Translations under genes and position numbers: made by a program | From: Camelus ferus | Lineage: Eukaryota | Reading direction: 5' to 3' | DNA: 64,000 nucleotides | Assembly (NCBI RefSeq): GCF_009834535.1 | Contig: NC_045697.1 | Location: 64,668,001 to 64,732,000, forward strand | In this document: piece after piece, positions 53,928 through 64,000 of the stretch | Position numbering within the stretch: the stretch's first letter is position 1 | Layout: each line of letters opens with the position of its first letter | The notes under the pieces: generated by a model | What the model was told of the DNA's origin: nothing | Databases searched by the model: none | The model's input: only the letters and a program-made list of their open reading frames with translations

Positions 53928-53964
53928 ATGATGATGATGGTGGTGGTGGTAATAATAATAGTAA

Positions 53965-54038
<74 letters not shown>

Positions 54039-54056
54039 ATAGTAATAATAATAATA

Positions 54057-54101
<45 letters not shown>
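53928..54101. repeat. Compound trinucleotide microsatellite (ATG/GTG/ATA/GTA/ATA)
   Basis: Read directly from the sequence. Confidence 0.95.
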
Positions 54102-55369
54102 GGTGAGGAGTACCTGGTAGTCACTCATTAAATATATTCTAGTGTAATGTCTATCTTTAATTCTCAGCAGAGTTCTATATTGATACGTATTTCTAAGTGA
54201 GTATTGGTCACAAAGGAACAATGTCATGTCAGTAAATTAAGAATGTTACAAGTTTTTACTGAAATGTCTTTTTAAAGTGTGGAGGTAAAGAATTATAGAA
54301 AGTAAAGACACTTATAGCGGTAAAGATACTTCAGTCAACATTAAATGAAAACAGGTATGGTATAGAATGATAATTCTTCTTTCAGCTTGATGCCTGAAAG
54401 TGGTGGTGGAATTCTAAAGGATTCTGTAAAAAAGGAATTCAACTCTTTTCTAGGAAATTGAAGATTACAACATTAAGTCTCTGGAAGGATTACAAGTGAC
54501 TGTGTGGCACAATACCTCTGTGGCTATTCAAAAAGTGTCATAGATGATAAAAACCGATTGTGTTAAGTAAATTTTTCATTAAAGAAATATGAAAAGATAA
54601 AGAAACTTTTTTAAAAAGTACATATATGTATATATGTCATTTGTATGTGCGAAATAATCAGAAGAAGCTTCAATTATATTGGGAAAATTATCATGATTAT
54701 GGTGAGTACTAATTCGTATTGACCATTTGAGGACCTGACAGCTTGAAAAATGTATTGTCTGTGTCTCCAGAGTCCTTGGTGGTGGTCGCAGTTTCTGCAG
54801 CATGATTTGGGCTCTAGCCACAGAGCCTTTCTGTTCCAACCCATTTTCAGAGGCTACTCTGTCAGTGTTCCCAGAAATCCTATGATTGTCTCCATATCCT
54901 TTCACTAAATTCTCTTCTGCTCACAAAAAAAAAAAAAGAAAGAAAAGAAAAGTATTATCTGATTAGATTAAGAGAAATCACTACACCACTTACCTGTTTG
55001 TAATAATATATTTGTTTTGTTTGTACTTTGCTGCCTGGCTTCCATAACATGGAATACTCTTCCCTGTATTGTAAATTCCTTCAGTGAACAATACAAAAGT
55101 CCACTTCTCTTGTAAATCATTCCTGACTGTCTCAGCAGAAACATTTCCTTTTATTCATTTTAACAGCATTTTAAACTTTTTTATTATGGCATATTTTACC
55201 AGCAGTTCCTTATGCGTCTGACAACCGAAATAGACTATGCTTTTCCTAAGGACAGTTATGTTTTATTCCTTTTGTAAACACAGTCTCTGAAAAAAGTCTC
55301 TGGTACATAGTAAGTATTCAATAGCAATTATTAAATAAGTTCTGTTAAAGCACTTACTGCATTGTACTT

Positions 55370-56190
55370 CTTTATTTAGTCAAGAAATATTTATTGAGTA
55401 CCTTCAATGCAACACTCACTATTCTAATTCTCAGGCTATAGCAGTAAGTACATGAATTCCTTGGTATGAAGTTTACATTCTAGAAGACAATAAAGGAACT
55501 GATAATCTAATTTCACATAATGGTAATTTTTATGAAATAATCAAGGAATGGGTCAGTTAGAAGACGTAGAGCAAAGGATGATTTTAGGAAAAGAGGTCAT
55601 GTGGGCACTCACTGAAGAAGCAGCGTTCAGTTGAGACCTGCATAATGTGAGGGAGCAAAGATCAGAAGAAGGAGGCTGACAAAGAGCAAGCATAAAGGTC
55701 CTAAGGGAGGAATGAGTCCATGTTGTAGGAACTGCAAGAAGACCAGGGTGCCTGTAAAGAGAAAAGGAGTGAAAAATTTGTAAAAGATGATTATTGAGAG
55801 AGTTGGGTATGATAGGCATGGGAAAGGAGACTGGATTTCATTCCAAGTTAGATGGGAGAACTTTGGAAGGTGTTCTGTAGGAAGTGGCAGATTGTCAGTT
55901 TCAGGATTGCTCTGGCTGCTTGAAATTGGAAGGAGGCTAAGCTGAGAGAACAGTTAAGAGGCTACTAAAAACCCCAGTTGAAATAATTGCAATTTGTACC
56001 ATGATAATAGCTGGGAGGTGATGAGGAGTGATTAAATTCAGGATGTACTTTGAAGGTGTATTAAATAGAAATAATTGATGGATTGTATGTGGAGTCCAAC
56101 GTATAAGAGAAATTAAGAATAATTACTAAACTTTTGACATGAGCAACTGTGTAAATGATGATGCTATTTAATAATGGAGAAAACCTGGGT
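55370..56190 (-). mobile_element. L2 LINE fragment
   Basis: aaatatttattgagtacc 3' end, then ggattgctctggctgct and gttaagaggctact. Confidence 0.8.
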
Positions 56191-56384
56191 GAAAGTATAA
56201 CAGTTAATTTGTTTGCATCTCCAGTAGAGTATGAATTCACTGAAGGTCCTTGGCTTGTTCTTCTTTATATTTCCTGTAGAGTGCTTAGCAAAAGTAGACT
56301 TTTAATAAAAAGTAATCATCCCTGGATCTTAATCAACAAGCAGCTATTGCTACTATTCTTATTCGTATAACTCTTCAGTCTATG

Positions 56385-57860
56385 TTCACTCAACAGATAT
56401 AATCGAATGTTAAATGCACTGAGGCAATGAGGATATGAATACAACAGACAAATGCTTGATCACATGGAAACAATGAGCTTATATTACAGTGGGATGATTG
56501 ATGCAATAAAAATAAATAAAATATAGATTAGATTGTGATAAGTGCTGCAGAAAAATTAAGTAGTAAAAGGCTTAAGGTAAGGGGCGTATTGCAAAAACCA
56601 CAGAATGCACAGAAACCCCAAGGTAGCAGCATACTTGCCATGTTCTGGGAACAGTAAAAGGTGAATGTGGACTGGATTAGAGAGGAAGAGGTGAAGTAGT
56701 AGGATGTGAATTCCAAGAGGTAAGGAGAGGTCAGATTACATAGAGCCATATTGGCTATTGTAAGAATTTTGACTCTTATGCTGAGAAAAATGGGAAGGAA
56801 ATGAGAACTTGTCAGTAGAGACATGGCTTATTATAATAAATACTTTAATCAGATCCCTCTGGCTTCTGTGTTAAGAAGAGACTGCACTGGACCGCCTAAA
56901 GGAGGAATGATGGGCAGGAATGATCAAAACATCTACTTCAGTAATGTCAGAGGAGAGGGTAATGGCCCAAATCAGGGTGGTGGCAGTCGGTGTTGGAAAT
57001 CATGGTTGGACTGTGGGTATATTTTGAAGGTAGAATCTATAGAATGTGCTGATAACAGGATTGCGAAGAAAAACATGCACAGTTTTGGGCTGAGAAACTA
57101 GAAGAATGGAGATGAAGAAGACAGCGGGCAGCATGAGGAGCTCATATTTAGACCAACTGAGTTTGAGATACCCATTGGACATCCAAATTTAGATAAGAAG
57201 GAGGAGTTATCTTTATGAATTTGTGATAGGGAGAGCTATCCACCCTGAAGTCATGAATTTGGGAGTCATCAAAGTTCAGCTGTTTTTCAAGTCAGACTAG
57301 GTGAGACTGTCAAAGGATTGGTTGAAACAACCTCTGGGATGGTTCAAATTAAGAAATCATCAGGATAAGGAGGAACCAGCAAAAGAGTATACTGTTAATT
57401 AAAGAAAAACCAGGAGAGTGCCATGCCTTAGAAGCCAAGTAAATAAAGTGTTTACATGAGGAAGAAGTGAGCAACTATATACTGATAGTTTGGCTCACAA
57501 AAAGTTTTATCATCCTGTCTGATACACTTCTGAAAGTGAAAGGGAACACCCTTAATTACATGTGAACAATAGACAAACCACTCCTGTTCCAGGCAATCTG
57601 GAATATGTAGTCAAGTTAAAGGTAAAGTATGATGAAAACTGATAAAGGGATCATTACTTCTAGCAATATGGAAGTCCTGATGACCTTGAGAATAAAAGTT
57701 TTGGTAAAGTGTGGTGATTAGAAGTCTGATTGAGTAGGTTTAAGAGACAATGACAGTAAGGAAATTGGAAATAGTAAGGACAATTAAATTATTGGAAAGA
57801 TGTGTTATATAGAAAAAATGGGGTGGAGCTGGAAGTGATTATAGAGCCAGGAGAAGTTAT
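56385..57860 (-). mobile_element. L2a LINE fragment
   Basis: gtaagaattttgactcttatgctgag, gatccctctggcttctgtg, tatattttgaaggtaga, tgagtttgagatacc and gaatttgggagtcatc. Confidence 0.85.
57497..57617. mobile_element. MER81-like hAT-Blackjack DNA transposon remnant nested in L2
   Basis: ttatcatcc…acacttctgaaagtgaaaggg…taattac…aaacc…tgttccaggcaatctggaatatgtagtca resembles MER81. Confidence 0.5.
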
Positions 57861-57864
57861 TTCC

Positions 57865-58412
57865 TTAATTGTGATAGAAAAAAAAATATATATATAAAAT
57901 CATAAAAGTTACCATTTTGAACATTTTTTTTTAAGTGGACAGTTGAGTGGCAATAAATACATTCACATTTTTGTGCGACCATCACCATCATCAATCTCCA
58001 GAATGTTTTCATCTTAAGAAACTATACCTCTGTAATTATTAAACAATAACTCCCTATCTTCTTCCTCTCCCAGGCCCTGCCAACCACCATTCTACTTTCC
58101 GTTTCTATGAATTTGGCCATGCTAAATACCTCATGTAGGTGGAATCATACTGTTTTTGCTTCTTTGTGACTGGGTTATTTACTTAGTACATGTCTTCAAG
58201 ATTTGTCCATGCTGTAGCATGCATCGGAATTTTTAAGGCTGACTAGTATTTCATTCAAACTAGTATTTCATTCAAACCACATTTTGTTTATCATTCATCT
58301 GTCAATGGAAGCTTGAATTATTTCCACCGTTTGGCTATAGTGATTTATGCTTCTGTGAACATGGTTATAAAAATATCTGTTTGAGTCTTTGCTTTCAGTT
58401 CTTTTGGTATAT
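57865..58412 (-). mobile_element. L1M 3' UTR fragment
   Basis: aagtggacagttgagtggcaataaatacattcaca…ccaccattctactttc…gtggaatcatac. A 17-bp tandem duplication lies at 58242-58275. Confidence 0.85.
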
Positions 58413-59539
58413 ATGATTTATCTAAGGGAGAAGAAATCTAATATGTTTGTAGGCTTTCTATATTTGCACTAGCCAGTATAGAACTTGGAAGAGAGATGAA
58501 TGATTTTTCTTTTATGTCCAACAAATACCATTAAGGGAGAAAACATATAAATTTAAACAGCAATCAACCGTAATATGTACTTCATGTCAACAAAGCAGTT
58601 TGGGGTCTGAGGTTTATTCTACATGTGATAATAAAGCATCCTTACTGTCCTTTCAAATGTTTTTCTGATCAGTTAGGTGCCTAGACATTACTCTGCTATC
58701 TTTTTAGAACATGTCTAATAACTTTTAATTTGCAACCTAGTTAAACAAATCATATCCTGTTAGAAATAAGAATGAGAATAGTTCGAATTGTATAAACCAA
58801 TAAAGATTGCCCTGGGCAATAATAACATCTGACTATTTTATTATTGTTCTTGTTCTGCCTCTTTTTTGTTTTACTTGGTTTTGATACTAAAAAGTTATGA
58901 TCTCAAGTTTAATGATGTGTGTAATTCTAGTCTCAGAATTTTAACCTACTCTGGGTTGAACCACAACATTGACTGGACACAAATCTCTGAATATATTGGA
59001 AAGTGTGAATAGACTAAGAAATAGAATGATTCCCAGAGCAAACTTCAGTATACTTTGTAAACAGAACATTTGCAGGATTTTTACAGAATTGAGAAACTCT
59101 TAAATTGATGGATACATGTATATATAAATCTGTCCTAATGCTAATTGCTGTGATATTTGCCTGTCACTAAAAGCTGACTCTTTCCTAATTAGCCTGTTGC
59201 CCCTTTATTATCAATGTCATCAGCTAGATTCTGCAACATTGCAGTTCAATATGCAGGAATTATTCAGTCATCACAGAATTCTGAGGTCTTGCAGTTGTTC
59301 AGGACAAGGAGATTGACTGGGGGAGGGAAAATTTTGGCCAAGCTCCTGCCCCTGATCTGCATCATGTTCTGCTTAATTTAGGGACTCAGTCTACCTTAAT
59401 GCGAGAAAGTTGAAGCTCCTGGAGCATTGTGTGCTCTTGTTCCAAAGTCTGCAAACAAGTCATCTCTGCTTAAAAAGAACTCTTCCTCTTTGCCTATAGG
59501 CAATCATTAACTTCACAAAAAAGCTTTTTTTCCCCCACT

Positions 59540-59825
59540 GTATCCTAGGTGAGCTCCTTTTTATCAGATAATGTTGTAGCACAATGTAGCACTCTTTCCT
59601 AGCACTTATTATTGTTGTCATTTATATTTTTTATGATTATTTGAAGAAAATCTTACTTTTGAAACTGTCAGCTCCCTGAGGGTAGGATTCCTGCCTGTTT
59701 TCACTCACTGCTGTGTCCCTGCTTTATTGCATAGTGTCTGGCACTGTAGTAGGCACTCAAAAAATATTTATTTAATGAACCAATGGGTGAATAAATGAAT
59801 GAATGAATGAATGAATGAATGAATA
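59540..59825 (+). mobile_element. L2 3' end with (GAAT)n tail
   Basis: actgtcagctccctgagggtagg…tggcactgtagtaggcactcaaaaaatattt…(gaat)n. Confidence 0.85.
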
Positions 59826-62800
59826 AGTAATAAAGACATACATAGAAGCTTTTACAAAACATGTTTTCTGTGAGTTTAATATATGACATGGACTTCTAAT
59901 AGAAAGTATACTGTCGATTAAGTAAGTGGTTATTAATTTATTCCAGAATTTTGAGAATTGAACAATAACAACTTCAGGGCTGATATCAAGGAATCAAACT
60001 CTCTTTCTGTTTCATCACTTTGAGTTGAAACTTAGGAACTGTGCAACAGAGAAAGACCACTGATGGGCAGGCATTTCTCAAGAGAATAATAGAAATCAAA
60101 ATTCCATAAATAGAATTGCTATTTTCTTACTAAGCTGCTTATATGGGCCAACTGATAAGTACTGCTTTACCCATGACAGCTTAAATTTCACATAGCCAGA
60201 ATTATTTTAGTGTTCCACACATTTTATTGTACTCTAATTCTCTCATGTTTAATCTTTATGTGTAACTGTAATTGACAGAATAATTTACTTCATGATTATT
60301 TGGGATCAAGGAAAGTTTATTAATTTATTATTAGCAGTTGGAAAAAGCAATTATTTGGTGCTTGCATGCACCAGGTACTGATCTAGGTAATTTACATATA
60401 TTATTTAATTCTAAGATATTTATATTTTATTTGAACTAAGCAAAAATAAAATATGCTACTTTCATATACTGTGGAAATCTAACTCTGTTATATTCAGTCA
60501 AGTTTAAGTAGATTTATTATTACAACCACAGATATTAGATGATATGTCCTAGCTGACCTCACATGTTCTCCCAGTGAAGGATGGTCGTATTAAAATCTTT
60601 GATCTTTCCATGAAAAATGCCACTTCTATAGCAATCACTATCCACATAGACTAACTGACAAAAGGGACAGAGTGGCCAGTGGTCATTTCTGCATTATACT
60701 CATGTTAAAACTATACTTTGCTCTATGGCTGCTGCTGCTGCTATTTGTAAAACCCAGCTCTGCTTGAATCTTTGCTTTTTAGTCACAAAGCCTGCCAGAC
60801 TCCTTTGATCACAGAGTCACACCATGCTTACAGTCATGCTCCACGTTGGTCTATCTGCTTCTCTTCTTTCTAACCACAACTAGAGGTGGTGGTTCAGCAT
60901 GTATATAAAGTATTTCTTCTGCCTGCTCTCTTTAGAACTACCCTATCTCAGGTCTCCATCCAGCAGTGGCTTGGAGTACTGATTCTTCACAAATGCCCTG
61001 TAATATGCAGAAATATCAAGCTGAGATCAATACAGGTATTTTTTTTTTTGTCACAGTCAATACATACAATATTATTATATTTTGCATATATTTTTATAAT
61101 CATATATTATAATTTGTAATTTACTTACGATTTATAATTTCACTACTGATTCCACTTTGGGAATGGGAAAGGTTTACTGAGCTATGGTGAGGTTGTGTTG
61201 TTCACCATTTTTTCCTGTTTCCACACGGAATTCACCCTCATATCTAATCAGTTAGCATCAGTCTTGAATAAATTTTGATTACTGTAGTGCCAGCTTCCTT
61301 TTTTCTTGAAATAAAACCAATTTCCAATGAAAGTATCAAGTAAAATAGATAATATAAAAGACAATGAGTTATTTTGTATTAGAGGGATTAAAGAGGTTAT
61401 GTTGTATTTACCCTTTAGGATTCACTTTTTAACTTATTAATTTATTGCAGAGAGGTTGGATTTCAGCTGAGAACAATTTTTGATCCTGGCATTTGCAATA
61501 AAAGTAGATTATAAAAAAATCAAGAAATACAATGACATAACTAGTAATGAGTTAACGCTATGTGATTAGTTTGTAGTTCTTCAGCTAATTGTGGAGAGTA
61601 TATCATATTCATTCTGCTTAAAATCTACCTTGAGTATTTGTAGAAATATAATTTACACAAATGGTACATGTATTACAATCTATTATTTATGCATCACGTA
61701 TTTATTTAGTACCTACTGTGTACACAGCAGTGTTCTGAATGCTTGGGTACATTCTGTTATTAACAGACAGAAAAAAAGTGCTCCTTTGTTGATGTATCTA
61801 CATTTTGTGACTTCCAATGAAGGCAGATTATTCTGATATTAGTTATCAAGTTTTTCACTGTGTTGGATCAGGATGATTAAGATTTTCACATGAGAAAAGA
61901 TTTTGGTTAATTGATTTTCAGTCAGGCTCATATAAGAGACTACTGTAGACTCAGAACCACTAAATTTTGCCTTAAATCGTGACACATTATATTTTTGCTA
62001 TATTATGGTTCTCTCAGATGAACATAGAAAACTCACAGAAGGCCTATACTTCTCATCTTTCTGTCCTTTGTGACTCAAATTTTTATTTGAAAATGAAGTG
62101 GATGAAATGCTTAAAGTTTGCTACAGAGAATCAGCTTACCTGGTCCTAAAGATAAAGACTAGTTAGTACCTTTATTTTGATAACTTTCATTTGATTATAA
62201 GATGCAGTTTTCTCTATTCTTTTACCTTTTGATTTATTCTCTCATCATGTTGTATTAGATATTTTTATTGTATAATATTGTAAGGATTCTGCGAAAATTT
62301 AGTAATTATTTTATTAAATGCTCAAAATAACCAACACCTTTGTTTCTATAGGGTCATTAAATCAACGTTTTTAGTAGTAGGCAACTAATGATTTTCAGCT
62401 TTGACACAGAGTTGACCCATCTCCTCTAGTTACAGCATCCCTATCGTTTCAAATTACAATCAGTTCAAAACATCATTTTCATGAATAGATTGGAAGAGAG
62501 CCCTGTGCAGTTTGACAGCTGTGCTCTATATTTAAGCTCAGTTAAAGTTCACTTTAAAGCAGCATGTCTTTGTAGTCATGGAGCTCTTTAATGCTATGAC
62601 ACGTCTGTGATTCTGTGCATCAATCATGGTGGCAGACAGCCATATTCCTCCTTAAGAGGAGATGCTATGGAAGCAGGCAAAGAGATGAGCGTTGCCATGT
62701 GTCTGTTACTACACAGGCTTCCAGTAGTTTAAACTCCCTTCTCAGCTCCTGTTGGCTACCTGCTTTCCCTTTTCTTCCTTTCTACCCTTCCTAGGAATAT

Positions 62801-64000
62801 TGTCCGTTCTTGTTCATTTATAGAGTTGCTACTAAGCACTCTCTTTCTTTGGGTCTTAATGCTCATAAAAATGGAATTATAGCTTTCTTTTCATTTGACT
62901 AATAAGCATTATAACAGAGGAATAAGAAATTGTACAGGGGGATAAAAGAGGAACTTAGATTATAAACATGTTGGGATAGTTATATATATATATATTCAAG
63001 GTATTTTTCACTTTCTATAATCTTGTTCTTGGTTTGTAGTCTCACTTACTACCTACTGGATACCTCTTAGGCTTACCCATTCACTGTTTGACCTTTCAAA
63101 ATACAAATTCATTGTGTAGTGAGGTCCATTTTCAAACCCCAGTCTGCAAAGGAATCTCTCAGCAAAATGGCTCCCCTTACAGCAAATAGTCCTGGAAATA
63201 AATTTAAAGTGAAACAATAGGAAAATAATTAGCATCTCCCATTTTGCTTGAATTTTTTGCTTCTTTGCTTATTTATTCAATCACTCGTTTATGACTCAGG
63301 ATATTTATTTATATTTTCTTTCATCCTATTTATGGAGAGCTGGTACACAAAAAAGGTACTCTCCATACTTTTGAGGATCTCATAACACCTTGCACATAAA
63401 TACAAACCCTTGGTAAGCTTTTATACTTTAGATACCCTTTTGTTCACTTTTGTGTCTGTATTACCAAAGAATATTAAATATCTTTTAATTATATTGTCTT
63501 CAAATATTTTGTTTCTGTGCAACAAAAGATAAACCCACCATAAACACTTGAAATACAAATGCATAGTACTTGGGTTTTATTCAAAGAACTCTGCAGTCAG
63601 TCAGCTGCAAGAGGTAATAGTTTTAAACTTAAGTTTTCCAGAGTTAGACTATTTGATTTTTTAAAATTTCTTGGAATATATGAAAATGATTTCAAGGAAA
63701 TAATACAAATAAAATCTTTCTGGATTTTGCATCATTTGGTGACACTATATGCAAATCCAAATATTGTATCCCTGTCTGTAAATGACTTTATCTACTTTTG
63801 AGTTATGTCAGAAAGGAACAAAATTTTTACATAGGCAAAAAAATCTCCTATGATGCAGTATCGAGATTTTAAAAGTGATTCCTAGAGAACTATTGTATTT
63901 TCTAGTCAAACTGAGAAATAATGTTAATACTTGTATCACGTGGCCAACTAATAAATATTTTCTCCATATTCATGCTTTTAATTCTACAAGTTCATAATTA

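Noticed and set aside
53891..54227. Poly-Tyr/Thr/Val/Ile ORFs
   Set aside because: They are translation artefacts of the trinucleotide microsatellite.
1..64000. CRISPR arrays, operons or other prokaryotic systems
   Set aside because: The sequence is mammalian, with no repeat-spacer arrays or gene-dense structure.

Overview
AT-rich, CpG-poor mammalian genomic DNA, intronic or intergenic. It is probably camelid, inferred from a young L1 3' UTR type and a Vic-1-like tRNA SINE. I recognise no host protein-coding exon, and nearly all ORF-track entries are spurious or L1 ORF2 remnants. The window is a mosaic of L1, L2, MIR, CR1, MaLR, ERVL and ERV1 LTRs plus microsatellites. The standout is a decayed class III (ERV-L/ERV-S/spuma-related) provirus fragment at ~16.9-22.5 kb. 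It holds integrase, a very long (~3.7 kb, about 1,200 codons) env-like gene, a PPT and a 754-bp 3' LTR. The env TM subunit has an ectodomain of about 385 aa (fusion peptide, HR1, Cys/beta region, HR2, TM helix; no CX6CC). That layout resembles foamy-virus Env or paramyxo/pneumovirus F rather than gamma- or beta-type Env. The provirus has a ~2.5-kb internal inversion bounded by a 29-bp inverted duplication and a poly(A/T) tract, and shows many G-to-A changes. Other oddities are a perfect 34-bp inverted repeat, a 73-bp dispersed duplication, two twin-priming L1 inversions, a composite solo LTR and two candidate minus-strand exons. All repeat family names come from motif recognition by eye, not database searches.
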